64,000 bases of DNA from Mobula hypostoma (lineage: Eukaryota): the NCBI RefSeq assembly GCF_963921235.1, contig NC_086097.1, forward strand, positions 103,108,001 through 103,172,000. Direction: 5' to 3'. The position numbers and the translations under genes are program-made. Positions within the stretch are counted from its first letter, which is position 1. Each line of letters begins with the position of its first letter. The notes under the pieces were generated by a model, which saw only the letters and a list, made by a program, of their open reading frames with translations, was not told the DNA's origin and did not search any database. This document shows, piece after piece, positions 1-14,040 of the stretch.

Positions 1-59
1 GCATTGGTATAATTGAGCCTGCTTGGAGCAGGTGGGTACCTCAGACTGCTGAAGCGAAT

Positions 60-303
60 GGTTCTCACTTTGTATGGACTTGCTTTCAAGGACTCTCATG
101 TTCTTGATGTTTATTGCTAATTATTTCTTTTTTTCCTTTTGTATTTGCACACTGATTGTTTGTCGCCCTTTTGTTATGGTCTTTCACTGATTCTTGCATA
201 GTTCTTGGATTTACTGAGTATGCCCACAAGAAAACAAATCTCAGGGTTGTATATGGTGACATGCGTACTTTGTTAAAAAATTTACTTGGAACTTTTAAAC
301 TTT
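60..303 (+). mobile_element. Rex1/Babar-type LINE 3' tail fragment
   Basis: aagaaaacaaatctcagggttgtatatggtgacat...tttacttggaactttt; the same tail follows Rex1 RT sequence at about 61560-61625. Confidence 0.6.
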
Positions 304-1980
304 ATCCTTGCATGTAAACTTTGAAAAAATTCTTTATTGGTATAGGAGCCCTCTCAGATTAATGAGAACAAGATGGGAATATTGGTTTGAATGGCGGATT
401 GAATGTGATGTTATTGACTCATAAAGTGGGCTTGAGAATTTCAGTGGCGTACTCTTGATGTTTGTGTTTTTTGATTAAAACTGAATCTCTAAGGTTGATC
501 TAAACAAACAAAATGTACCATTGTATGCCCAATGCTTCATAAAGCTACACACCAATACACTTCGTTTTTTTTGAGGTTGTCCTGAAATAGTCTAACAGTC
601 ATCTCATCTGGAGCTGCACCAGACTGCTGCTGTGTTGATGCCTTCCCTTGCAGTGTGGCATCTCATGAGCATACAGAGACATACTAAGTGAATTCCTTTT
701 CCTTATTGCCACAAGATCCATATCCTCTCCTGGCCTTGTAGTCTAAGAGCATGAATACGTTGCCAGCAGAGAGGCTGAAAATTCAGTGTTAAAGGATTGC
801 ATAATCTGCATTTGCATTGAATTTCAGCGTTTAGTTCAATTATTTTAAAATGTACTATTGGCAACAGATGGTGCAAATTAGAATTTCTGTTTACTCAGCT
901 GAAATATAATATAGTTAGATCTTGGTTGGCAGTCTGATGCTGACGAATAGGCCCAACAAATCTATGTTCCTGCTAGGTGAACAGTTTTAACCCTATCAGT
1001 CCCATATAAAAGGACATTTTATTAAGCTCTCAGTTCTGGATCCAATTAGCTAGAGTGGAAGAAGCTCAGAAGAACAGATTGTGCTTTAAGTAGACGATTG
1101 ACTTCCAGTCTGATTTTGAAATGGTCATCGAGGCCAGTGTACGACTGTGAATTCTTAGACAGATAGGGCAGTTATGCCTGATGAGTTGGATGGGTGCTTT
1201 GTGGAGCAGTCTGGACCATCCAACATTTTCAAATGTCTCTTTGAGCTTCTACTGCATGGTCTTGGTTGTCAATTCTAAATGCCTCTGCTTTAAGCAGTCA
1301 TTGAGACTTTGAGCATGCCAAGAGATGATGGGTATCGTGCATTTCTTCAGAAGGACTTTTAATCTGCGAGTCTGTTCTTCAATTCATCTGATAAACTACT
1401 TCTATGGCAAAACTCAGAGTGCCTTTTCCAGTAGTCTGATGTCAGGGACTGTGTAAGAAAAACTTGCCACCTAGATGACCTTTGCTTTGAGTCAATTTGG
1501 GACTTTTTCTTTCATCTTCAAGGCATTATTTAAATGTTCACCCTCTAAGCTGCTCTGCAGGTTGAAAATTTCACCTTTGCAAAATCCACAAGGAATGATT
1601 GTTCAGGTTCTTTATTTCCAATGAATTAATCATTTTGAATTGCAAAAAGAAACTCAATTGAGGCTGAAATTAGGCATTAAAATGTAAATAATCTATCACA
1701 AGGACACTCAGCAAGATGACTTCAAATAAAAGAAATAGAAACTGAAGGCGAATAGGATTGAAGGTCCCTTGAGCTATTTTCATTTGTGCTTGATTAGTTA
1801 AAGTGCATTTGCTGAGCTTACTTATTAGGCAATGCCAGGGTGGAAATCAGTCATTTGCCTCTATCGGATTAATTTAGAAGCAAATAATGGACACATTTGG
1901 AGCTGTGTCAATTTTGATGGAGGTGCTACCAGAGTTCATTAGTGCATTAGTTCTGCTCTGGCGTTAACTGAAATACTTAG

Positions 1981-2142
<162 letters not shown>

Positions 2143-2699
2143 TGAAAGGTTAATTATATACAAACATAAATATGCTGACAATATTTTGAACACATATGTT
2201 GTCTTTTATTTCTCCATAATTGGTGCTAATGTGGAAAGACTAGAACCAGTGATGGCTTTCTCTGAACTCATCATGGTACTTAATGACTAAAACTCCAAGT
2301 TTCTTCTGAAAATGGAAGTTGTAAGAAATGCACATAATTTAACAATGTTCACTTTTTCCATTCCAAAACTCTGAGGGACAGATAGCTGTATCGGTCAGGA
2401 GGAGTGTAACTTGGAGGTGTTTATGTCCCAAGTTGTTGCTCTTAGCTGTTATTTGGCAGAGAAGCTGAGGGCTGAGGTAAGATGCTGTAGCAATAACCTC
2501 TGAACATATGATCCCCACTGAAAGTGCGTCCTGAAACCTTGCAGACATATCTTTCACGTTACCAGGACTCTGAACTCTTGACATCACACCTTTAGGGGCT
2601 TCCCACTTTGCAGATACTTACTGCAATCTTGGCCAGTCAACCTCTGCAACATCTCACTTAATGGTTCCAAAATTTGCTCTGTCCCAGTTCAGGACCTTC

Positions 2700-3270
2700 A
2701 CCTGAACTGGTTATATCCTTCATTACAATTTGTAAAAATTAATATACTTATGGTCACTGCCTTCAAAGGGCCAGTTGACAGGCTCTTCTACTTGCCCTAC
2801 CTCATTTTCCAGGAGAAGGTCCACTGTAGGCCCTTCTATATATTGATCAAGGATACTTTCTTAGACACATTTTACAAATTCCACTTTGATCCATTTACAC
2901 TATGGATGGCCCAACCACATTTGGGAAAGTTAAAATCTCCCACCAATATTGCTCTATTATGTTTACAACTAGTTGCATTCTTTCATAAATATCTGCCGTT
3001 ATAATTCCTGCGGACTAATGGGGATCCTAAAATACAAAACCATCAGAGCAACTATTCCCTTCTTGTTTCTAAGTTATGCCTATATGTCATCACTGGATAA
3101 TTCCTCAAGAATATCCTTTCTAGGGACCATTGCTATGACCTTTTTCATCAAGGAAGTAGCTCCCTCTCCTTTCTTAATTGCACCTCAACTTGCCTCACAT
3201 TTATAGCATCCATCTCTTGGAACATTAAGCTGCTAATCCTGCTCTTTCCTCAGCCACATTTCTGCTATGG
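2700..3270 (-). mobile_element. Old CR1 LINE endonuclease fragment
   Basis: Reverse complement of about 2919-2944 reads VGDFNFPN; boundaries approximate. Confidence 0.5.
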
Positions 3271-3514
3271 CTAGATTTCCAGCATCTGCAGTTGTTTTAT
3301 TTTGCTTTTAGTTGCAAAACAAACTTTGCAACTTAACTGAAAATGTAAAGCATTAAATTATAAAAGTTCTAATTCAAAGTTATTTTAAAGAATACATTTG
3401 ACACATGCATTTCCTAATTAGACCAAAAGCGTTAATTGCAATTGGGAATTTATAGAAGATTTATAATATTCGAAACTGAAATATAAATATTGGTCAGCTT
3501 TTAAGAATTATCTG

Positions 3515-3775
3515 TTAGATAGTGGACAGCCAGAGATGTTTTCCCAGGTTGGGAATGGCTAATACAAGGGGCCGTAATTTTAAGGTGATTGGTAGAAAGT
3601 ATAGAGGGGATGTCAGAGGTAAGTTCTTTTCACAGAGAATGGTGGGTGCTTCGAGTGCCCCACCAGGAGTGATGGTAGAGGCAGATACAGTAGGACATTG
3701 AAAAAACTCTTTGACAGGCATATGGATGATAGAAAAATGGACAGTTAGGTTAGGAGGGTAGCTTTAGATTGATCT
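3515..3775 (+). mobile_element. CR1 LINE 3' fragment
   Basis: Degenerate FP...TRG...FFSQR C-terminus of CR1 ORF2. Confidence 0.7.
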
Positions 3776-3796
3776 CAGTGTTGTTCTAAATATATA

Positions 3797-6700
3797 CAGT
3801 GGTGCTAGAAAGTTTGTGAACCCTGTAGAATTTTCTCTATTTCTGCATAAATATGACCTAAAATGTGATCAGATCCTCACACAAGTCCTAAAGCTAGATA
3901 AAGCGAACCCAGTTAAATAAATGATACAAAAACTTATATCTGTTCATTTATTTATTGAGGAAAAATGATCCAGTATCCAATGATCCAATATGGGAAAAGT
4001 ATGTGATCCTCTGAGGAGGTAATGACTTTGACCAAAGCTATTTGGAGTCGGGTGTTCCAGTCAATGGGATGAGATTGGAGGTGTGGGTTGTCAAGGTACC
4101 CTGTTCTATATTAAAAAAAAAGACACTCAAAAGTCAGATTACTGACAGAGACTGCTCTTCTCAGGAAAGATCTGTTTATATGCACTATGCCTCAATCAAA
4201 ACAACTTTCAGAGGACCTTAGCAAAAGAATTGTAGAGATGCATGAAACTGAAAAAGGCGTTTCTAAAGACCTGAATGTTCATCAGTCCACAGTAAGAGAA
4301 GCTGTCTACAAAAGGAGGAAATTCAGTACTGTTGCTACTCTCACTAGGAGTGGGCATCCTGCAAAGATGACACCAAGAGCACACCGTGCAATGCTGAAGC
4401 AGGTGAAACAGAACCCAAGGGTAACAGCAAAACTTGAAGTCTCTTGTTTATGTGTCCACTATAAGAAAAACAATGAACAACAATGGTGTTCATGGAAGGA
4501 CACGACTGCTCTCCAAAAAATGTTGCTGCTCATCTCAAATTTACTAAAGACCACCTCGATGTTCCACAATTCTTCTGGGACAATGTTCCGTGGACAGATG
4601 AGACAGAAGTTGAACATTTTGGCAGAAATGCACATACTTTATACTTTATTGTCGCCAAACAATTGGTACTAGAATGTACAATCATCACAGCGATATTTGA
4701 TTCTGCGCTTCACACTCCCTGGGTTACAAATATTAAATATTTAAAAATATTAAAAATAGTTAAAATTAGTAAATATTAAAAATTTAATTTATAAATCAGA
4801 AATAGAAAATAGAAAAATGGAAAGTAAGGTAGTGCAAAAAAAACCGAGAGGCAGGTCTGGATATTTGGAGGGTACGACCCAGATCCGGGTCAGGATCCAT
4901 TCAGCAGTCTTATCACAGTTGGAAAGAAGCTGTTCCCAAATCTGGCCGTATGAGTCTTCAAGCTCCTGAGCCTTCTCCCGGAGGGAAGAGGGACGAAAAG
5001 TGTGTTGGCTGGGTGGGTCGTGTCCTTGATTATCCTGGCAGCACTGCTCCAGCAGCGTGCAGTCTAAAGTGAGTCCACGGATGGAAGATTGTTTTGTGTG
5101 ATGTGCTGTGCCGTGTTCACGATCTTCTGCAGCTTTTTTCGGTCTTGGACAGGACAACTTCCATACCAGGTTGTGATGCACCCTAGAAGGATGCTTTCTA
5201 CGGTGCATCTATAAAAATTAGTGAGGGTTTTAAGGGACAGGCCACATTTCTTTAGTTTTCTCAGGAAGTAAAGGCACTGGTGGGCCTCCTTGACAGTGAA
5301 CTCTGCTTGGTTGGACCAAGTCAGGTCATTTGTGATATTGACCTTGAAGAACTTAAAGCTTTTGACCTGTTCCACTTGTGCACCACCGATGTAAGTTGGG
5401 TCGTGCGTTCCGCTACTCCTTCTGAAGTCAACAACGAATTCCTTCGTCTTGCTGATGTTGAGGGATAGGTTATTGTCATCGCACCATGCCACCAGGTTCT
5501 TAATTTCCTCTCTGTACTCAAACTCGTCATTACCCGAGATACGGCCTATAGTTGTTGTGTCATCAGCAAATTTGTATATTGAGTTTGATGGAATCTTGGC
5601 TACAGAATCATGGGTGTACAGTGAGTACAGCAGGGGGCTGAGTACACAGCCTTGTGGGGCACCGGTGCTCAGAGTGATTGTAGAGGAGAGCTTGTCCCCT
5701 ATTTTTTACAGCCTGGGTCCTGTCTGTGAGGAATTTGAAGATCCAGCTGCAGATCTGAGTGTTAAGGCCCAGGTTCCGGAGCTTAGGAATCAGTTTATTT
5801 GGAATGATGGTATTAAAGGCAGAGCTATAGTCAATGAAAAGGAGCCTTACGTATGCGTCTTTATTCTCCAGGTGTTCTAAGGAGGAATGTAGGGCCAGAG
5901 AGATGACATCTGCCATTGACCTGTTGCTCCGGTAGGGGAATTGCAAAGCATCGAGGTTGACCGGTAGGCTGTGGTTGATGTGTGCCATATCCAATCTCTC
6001 AAAGCACTTCATAGCAATTGATGTCAGAGCCACAGGTCGATAGTCATTCAGGCATGCCACCTTGCTCTTCTTCTTCTCAACATTGTTATGTTTGAAGGAA
6101 AAAGGGCATTGCATGCCAACACCAAAAGCACAATCCCAACTGTGAAGCATGGTGGAAGGAGCATAATGGTTTGGAGCTGCTTTGTTGCCTCTGGGCCTGA
6201 ACAACTTGCAATCGTTGAGGGAGCAATGAATTAAAAATTGTATCAAGGCACCTTCCAGGAGAACGTCAGGGTAGCAGTCCGTCACCTGAAGCTTAATAGA
6301 AGTTGGATAATGCAACAATACAATGAGCTGAAAAGACAACTGAATGGTTTAAAAAGTAGAACATTTGTGTTTTGGATTGTCTGAGTCAAAGTCCTAACAT
6401 TAATCCTATAGAAATGTTGTGAAAGCACTTGAAGCAAGTAGTTCATGCAAGGAAGCCTACCAACATCCCAGAGATGAAGCAGTTTTGTAGGGAGGAACGG
6501 CCTCAGATTCCTCCAAGCCAATGTGCAGGACTGATCAACAATTACCAGAAATGTTTGGTTGAAGCTATTGCTGTACAAGGGGTCACACCATTTATTGAAA
6601 GCAAAGGTTCACATTTTTTCCAACAAAAATATGTAATATTGGATCATTTTTCCTCAATAAAGAAATTAACAAGTGTAATTTTTTTGTGTTATTTATTTAA

Positions 6701-6816
6701 TTGTGTTCTCTTTATCTAGTTTTAGGACTTGTGTGAAGATCTGATCACATTTTAGGTCATATTTATGCAGAAATAGAGAAAATTCTACAGAGTTCACAAT
6801 CATTCTAGCACCACTG
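3797..6816 (+). mobile_element. Tc1-family DNA transposon A (defective), interrupted by a Rex1 LINE
   Basis: TA|CAGTGGTGCTAGAAAGTTTGTGAAC ... GTTCACAATCATTCTAGCACCACTG|TA; roughly 200-bp inverted repeats; transposase fragments MPQSKQLSEDL.., [22 protein letters not shown]. Confidence 0.95.
4635..6077 (-). mobile_element. Rex1/Babar-type LINE, 5'-truncated, inserted into Tc1 A
   Basis: RT motifs [50 protein letters not shown]; tail AATAAAGTATAAAGTA; the transposase resumes at about 6078. Confidence 0.9.
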
Positions 6817-6894
6817 TACAACTATTTTATAGTCCAAAACTAGACTATTACCTGATGTGGAAAAGAAAATCTCTAGCTGGCATAGAATCATGGC

Positions 6895-7073
6895 ATGAAA
6901 GGCCTTGATGGAATAGATGTGGAGAGGATATTTCCAATGGCGGGAGAGTCTAGGACAAGAGGCGTGGCTTCAGAGTAGAAGGTGAATAGGAGGGAAGATA
7001 TATCAGCCATAATTGAATGGCAGAGCAGATGATGGACCGAATGGCCCAAATCTGCTCTTGTGTCTTATGGTTT
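6895..7073 (+). mobile_element. CR1 3' end fragment with internal deletion
   Basis: KGLDGIDVERIFP..ESRTRG followed by the gaatggc...tctgctcttgtgtcttatgg tail. Confidence 0.7.
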
Positions 7074-7237
7074 AAATATAGTTCCTTTCGTGCCCCAAAT
7101 GTGATGAGAGCTTTTGCTCATTCATAGCTGACTTAGCAAATATTTTTGCAATTCCTCATATGAAGCTGGCTGCTATGGGTATGGACAGATGTTTGGAGGT
7201 CTAAGATCTGTTCTAAAACAGTATAGAATAATGCATT

Positions 7238-8819
7238 CAGTTGAAAGAAAAAGTTTGTGAACCCTTTGCAATTACCTGGTTTTCTGCATTAATTACTCAT
7301 AAAATGTGGTTTTCATTTTGATTTTCATCTAAGTCACAATAATAGCAAACACAATCTGCCTAAACTAATACAACACAAACAACTATACTACTTCTCGTCA
7401 ATACTGAGTACGCCATTTAAACAATTGCATCCTAGGTTCAAAAAAGTATGTAAACCTCTGGGATAATGCCTTCTGCAAAAGCTTTTTGGAGTCAGGTGTT
7501 GCAGTCAATGAGATGAGATTGGAGGTGTGGGTTGTAGAGGTGCCCTGCCCAATGAAAAGGACACACAGTCAGGTTACTGACGGAGCCTGCATTTCTCGAG
7601 AATGAGCTGTTTATGTGCACTATGCCTCAATCAAAACAACTTTCAGAGGACCTTAGAAGAAGAATTGTCAGGATGCATGAAGCTGGAAAAGGCTGCAAAA
7701 ACATTTCTAAAGACCTGAGTGTTCATCAGTCCGCAGTAAGAGAAATTGTCTACAAAAGGAGGAAAATCAGTACTGTTGCTACTGTCCCGAGGAGTGGGCA
7801 TTCTGTGAAGTTGACACCAAGAGCACACCGTGCAGTGGTGAAGCAGGTGAAAGAGAACCCAAAGGTAACAGCAAAAGACCTGCAAAAATCTCTTGAACTT
7901 ACTGTTTATGTGTGCACTATAAGAAAAACACTGAACAACAATGGTGTTCATGGAAGGACACCACTGCTCTCCAAAAAACATTGCTGCACATCTCAAGTAT
8001 GCAAAAGACCACTTGGATGTTCCACAATTCTTCTGGGACAATGTTCTGTGGACAGATGAGACAAAAGTTGAACTTTTTGGCAGAGAAGCAAATTGCTATG
8101 TTTGGAGGAAAAAGGGCACTGCACACCAACACCAAAACCTCATCCTAACTGTGAAGCACGGTGGAAGGAGCATCATAGTTTGGGGTTACTTTGCTGTCTC
8201 AAGGCCTGGACAGCTTGCAATCATTGAGGGAACAATGAATTAAAAATTATACAGGAGAGTGTTAGGCCAGTGATTCACCACGTGAAGCTTAATAGAATTT
8301 AGATGATGCAACAAGACAATGATCTGAAACATGACAGTAAATCAACCACAGTATGGTTTAAAGGAGAAAATTCATGTTTTGGAATGACCAAGTCAGAGTG
8401 CAGGCCTTAACCCAATTTTGATGCTGTGGCTTGACCTGAAGAGGGTTGTCCATGCAAGGTATCCCAGAAATATTGATGATCTGAAACAGTTTTGTATTGA
8501 AGAATGGTCTCAAGTTCCTCTTCACTGTTATGCAAGTCTGATCAGCAGCTACAGGAAACATTTGGAGGAGGTTATTGCTGCTAAAGGAGGTTCTACCAGT
8601 TTTTAAATACAAGATTCACATTCTTTTCTCATCCTGGACTGTGAATGATTAGACAATGTGTTCAATAGAGACATGAAAAGTACAATTGTTTGTGTGTTAT
8701 TAGTTTAGGCAGATTGTGTTTGTCTATTATTGTGACAGATGAAGATGAGACCACATTTTATGAGTAATTAATGCAGAAAACCAGGCAACTGCAAAGGGTT
8801 CACAAACTTCTTGCAACTG
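7238..8819 (+). mobile_element. Tc1-family DNA transposon B (full length, defective)
   Basis: CAGTTGAAAGAAAAAGTTTGTGAACCCTTTGCA ... TGCAAAGGGTTCACAAACTTCTTGCAACTG|TA; frameshifted transposase 7622-8606 with WTDETKVELFG, QQDND, IAAKGGST. Confidence 0.95.
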
Positions 8820-9311
8820 TATGTCAAAGAAGTGACTGATGACAGATTATTCAGTGCTAAATAAACTTGTCAGTAAATATCTGTTATGATTCTAATAAAT
8901 AGCAGGCATCAAATCATGTGTCAGATCATTCTTTCACTGTAGCCAATGGTTGTGCATATATTGTGTAAGACTATGGATGAGGCTTGTTATCTCCTACGAC
9001 GACTATACTCCGCATTTGTGTACTTAGCATATCTGAATCCAAAAATCTTGTTTTGAATAAAGTTTTAACTTTTGATTAATGTTGTTTTAGAAAATATGAA
9101 TAGTTTTGCATCACTATTTGGTCTGATAGCATTTTCTACTTGTATTAGATTCAAGATAACACTTTTATAGTTTCATACCTGTCACATACAAAGGTATAAG
9201 GACTATTGGATAGCACTTAATTTTAATAAATTTTCAGACCATAGCATTTCTCTCATGAAATATATAAACCCTTCTATGATCAGTTCATGCATTATTGATC
9301 TGGTACTGATC

Positions 9312-9545
9312 ATGGAGTCATATCATATAGAAAAAGACCCTTCAGTCCGACTGATCCATGCTGACCAAGACAACCATCTAAGCTAGGTCCTATTACCTTT
9401 ATTTGGCTCATATGACTCTCAATTTTCCTATCCATGTACCTGTCCAAGTATCTTTTAAATGTTGTTAATATCCCTACCTCACTTTCTCTGGCTCCTCATT
9501 CCATATGTAGATCAGCCTCTGAGTGAGCAAATTTCCCTCACGATA
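9312..9545 (-). mobile_element. CR1 3' fragment
   Basis: cctatccatgtacctgtccaagtatcttttaaatgttg resembles the 3' end of the CR1 at about 20165-20250. Confidence 0.65.
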
Positions 9546-10484
9546 TATTTGGATTACATTGTACAATCTTACTGGAGAGAGAGGCAGATACAAATGGGTA
9601 ATTATTTGGCAATCCAACCCAGCAACAGTAAGCTTCTGTCTGATGGACAATAGTTGAGAGGCTTCTTTATTGGGCACTGAATCATGGATTCTGAACCAGT
9701 GAACAGCCACTGCACAATGAAGATGCATTACTCAGCTACAACTCTTCACAAATAAATCGAGCAAGACCAGCCTCAGAAAATAAATTGCTCTTCAAGTGGA
9801 GATCACATTATTCTGACAGTCACTTGCGAGACACCATGCACCATTGGATCTATATTGCAGTGCAATTTTTTTTTGCTCTTCTCTACCTCAACTCTACAAA
9901 AAAAAAGGATGATGGGCATCTGCAGATTCTGTCATAATGGTTGAATTTCATGCAAAGCTTTGGCTAGCCAGCCTAGTTATGAGAGTCGCAAAACTAGATA
10001 TAATACTTTTAACCATTAGAATGGGTGAAGACTAAAGGTGTCAGATTTACTGGTTGAAATAGTGAAGAGTGAAGTGATTTTTTTTTCAGGATATTGATGT
10101 CAGGAATTTTAATTTCTAACTAATTTTGCTCTGTACAATCATCTTTTTGACTTTTTGATTAAGGTAAGTGGATCAATAAATAAAGATGAATGGTCTAGTA
10201 CCTAGACATTATAATTAAATTAATTAACTTTGATCCTATTATGTTAATCAACTGCAAAACTTTATTATTTTGAGAAGTTTTTTTTAGTGCATGCATAATG
10301 AAGCCTGCTCCACTTTGCCCTGTGGCTAACCTTGTGATGCCAGATGCAATTATGCGCCTGTTCCAATTCACCATGCCTCCATAGAACTGAATGTGCAAGG
10401 AAGATTAAAATATGGAACTGTTGCTCTCCAAACTGGAAGGCTTAGGTAGCTGTTTAACATTTGTCAGAGAAAGAATCAGCATGT

Positions 10485-11455
10485 TGCCAGCATAAGCCTC
10501 TGTATCCAGCACGTTATTCTCCATAACTTCCACCATCTCCAATGGGATCCTACCACTAAGCCTTCTGCACCCACGCCCCTACTTTCCACAGGGATTCTTC
10601 TCTGTGACTCCTTTGACTACTCGTCCCTCCCCACTAAGTTACCCCCTGCATGACAAGCATGACAAATGGTATACCTGCCCCTACACCCTCCCTCACCACC
10701 ATTCACAGTCCTTCCAGGTGAAGCAACAATTCACCTGTAAATCTGTCAAATTTTTCTCCGGTAGTTCTGGTGTGGTCTCTATATTGGTGAGACCCATCAC
10801 AGACCTTAACACTGTCTTGCCACAAAAGGCAGGACCTACCAGTGGCTACCTATTTCAATTCAGCTTCCCACTCCTATTTGAATGTGTCTGTCTGTGGCCA
10901 CCTCTAATACCATGATGAGGCCAAATTCAGATTGGAAGAGCAACACCTCATATTCTATCTGTATAGCCACCATCCTGATGGCATGAACATTAATTTCTCC
11001 AACCTTCAGTACTTTCTCCCCCCTCACTCGTATTTTCCATTTCGCATTCTGATTGTCCTCTCACCCCTTCTCTTCTTACCTGACAATCACCTCCCTCTGG
11101 TTTCCTTCTCCCTCCCTTTCTCTCCTTCCTCTCATCACATGATCTCTCCTATTAGTTTCTTTCTTTGTAGCTTATTACCTCTTCCAGCTATACCCTCCCA
11201 GCTTCTTACTATTCCTTCTCCCCCATGCACACACATTCCCCTCTCACCTAGTCTCACCTGCCAGCTGCATTTCTTTCCTTCTCCCTACCTTTTTATTATT
11301 GCTTCTGCCACTTCCTTTCCAGTCCTGATGAAGGGTCTGAGTCTGAAATATCAAGTGTTGTTCCCCTCCTTAGTTGCTACCTGATCTGCTGAGTTCCTCT
11401 AGCATTTTGTTTGTGCTGCTTAATATTTCCAGCCTCTGCAGAATCTCTTGTGTTT
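10485..11455 (+). mobile_element. Penelope-like element, decayed 3' part
   Basis: Homologous to 51375-52664 (SFQVK..FTC, EEQHLIF..L..PDGMNINFSN); pyrimidine-rich UTR; degenerate hammerhead; TTTCCAGCCTCTGCAG tail. Confidence 0.85.
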
Positions 11456-11724
11456 AACATAATGCTAATCCTTTGATTGGCCAATGTATTGTGCTCCTTT
11501 ATCAGATAGAATCATAAATCAGTTGATACAATAGGAAATGTTGCCTTTATTTATTTTGCTTAGAAAGCTTTAGTAAAGGTATGCCACTGTATTAGCATTT
11601 GACTCATTATAAATCTAGCTATGATTTTTAGTAGTCCAAATCTGTTGCAAAGTAGAATTGTTCTGTATTACTTCCTGTCTATTTTAGCATACTGGCATTA
11701 TTTTAACTTTTATTGATTTTTTAA

Positions 11725-11844
<120 letters not shown>

Positions 11845-12713
11845 TAATAAGCTGAAACACAAATCTGAGATGCATTCTGGTGCTAGAAGATTTTTATTTC
11901 CTTTTTGTTAATTATGTATGCACATAATTAAGGAAAAATATGTATATGTTTGACAGAGCATTGTTGTGAATAATTACATGGGTTCTTTTGTACAGGGACT
12001 AAATCTTTACCACTGGGTTTATATGTCTGCTGTGTCTATCATTATTACATTATCTTTAATTAGGTATAATTAAATATTTATGAGGCTGATACTTGTATAT
12101 ACAAGCTGGTATTATGTAATTTTTGAGTAAATCTGAAAACTCAAGATAGAGAACATAATTTAACTGATTAACTCAGCACAGGTTGGTGACTAAACCTTAC
12201 ACTGCACCGTTTAACTGAAACAGTTGTTTTCTGTAGATATGAAGATGGGGCAGTTTGTATTCAAGTAGATGCAATATGTAGTGAAACTGAGAGGAAGGAC
12301 AGGCAGATGATTGGGTCGGTGGTATGAGGTGAAGTGTAACATGGGACAAAATCAAAAAGGGTGATGAATACAGGACTGAAGTTGTTATATTCTGCAGTAT
12401 ACAGAATAAAGTAGATGATCTTTTAGTACAGTTAAAGATTAGCAGGTATGACATTGTGGGCATCACCGAATCGTAACGAAGAAGATCATAGACAAATCAT
12501 ATGCAGGTAGATTGAGAAAAATGGGTTGATGTTGAATCCCCAGAGAGAGAATTTGTAGAGGGCCTCTGAGTTGGCTTTCTAGAGCAGCTTGTGGTTGAGA
12601 CCATGAGGGAAAGGTAATTCTGGATTGGGTGTTGTGTAAAGGAACCCTTTATGGAATGAAGTAGATGATCTTGTAGCACAGTTAGAAATTGGCAAATACA
12701 ATATTGTGGGCAT

Positions 12714-14040
12714 GCTGAGCTTGTCAATTTCATCAACTTTGCTTCCAACTTCCACCCTGCCCTTAAGTTCACTTGGTTCATTTGTGACACCTCACTTCCC
12801 TTTCTCAATATCTCTGTCTCCATCTCTGAAAACAAACTGTCGACTGACGTCTTTCTTAAACCTACTAATTCCTACGGTTATCTTGGCTATACTTCCCACT
12901 CTGTCTCCTGTTTTTTTTTTAAAAGAAAGCTATTCCCATTTCTCAGTTCTTCATCTTTGCCATATTTGTTCCCAATATGCAGTTTTCCTTTCCAGGACAT
13001 CAGATATGTCCTTCTCCAAAGAGCGATGTTTCCCTTCCTCTACCATTGATGCTGCCTTCACTGGCTTCTCCATTTCCAAGACACATGCACTCACCCTATA
13101 TTCTCGCTGCCTTAACAGTCACGAGAGTTCCCCTACCACTCTATGAGCCTCCACATCCAACACATCATTCTCTACAGCTTCCACCATCTCCAATGAGATC
13201 TTACCACCAAACACAACTTCCCCCACCCACATCTCCGCTTCCTGCAGAGTTCGTTTTCTCCATGATTCCCTTGTCCATTCATCCCTCCCCGCTAATCTCC
13301 CTCCTGGTACTTATCCCTGCAAGCAGCCAAAGTGCTGCATCTGACTACTCACCTTCTCCCTCATCTTCATTCAGGACCCCATACAGTCCTTCCAGGTGAG
13401 TTAACTCTTCACCTGTGAATCTGCTGGGGTTATCTATTGTGTCTGGCACTCTTGGTGAGGACTCCTCTACATTAGTGAACCTGTCATAAATTGGGGGATC
13501 ACTTTGTTGAGCACCTCCACTCCAACCGCCAAAAGCAGAACTTCCCAGTGCCCGAACATTTTAATTCCGATTTCCCGTTCTGACACATCAGTCTAAAGCC
13601 TCCTCTTGTGCCACAATGAGGCCACTCTTAGAGTGGAGGAGCAACACCTTGTATTCCATCTGGATAGCCTCCAACGTGATGGCATGAATATCAATTTCTC
13701 TTTCCAGTAATAAGAAATTTTCCCTCCCCTTCCCTTCTTCTTTTCCCTACTCTGGCCTCTTTCTTCCTTGATCATCCCCTCCTGCTGGATCCCCTCCTCC
13801 TTCCCTTTCTCTTATATCCTCTCTTCTCTCCTATTAGATTCCTTCCTCTCCAACCCTTTACCTTTCCTACCCAGCTGGCTTCACCTATCACCTAGCTATA
13901 CTCCTTCCCCAAACCCCCACCTTTTTATTCTGGTGTCTTCCCCCTTCCTGTCCAGTCCTGAAGAAGGATCTCAGCCTAAAACATTTCCATCGATGCTGCC
14001 TGGCCTGCTGAGTTCCTCCAGCATTTTGTGTGTGTTGCTT
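12714..14040 (+). mobile_element. Penelope-like element (RT thumb, GIY-YIG and UTR; decayed)
   Basis: Homologous to 51375-52664; ends ctgctgagttcctccagcattttgtgtgtgttgc; the host CR1 (gaaccctt|ggaggcagtg) resumes at 14041. Confidence 0.88.

Noticed and set aside
5608..6339. 243-aa ORF as a novel fusion protein
   Set aside because: Chance read-through from antisense Tc1 sequence into the Rex1 RT frame
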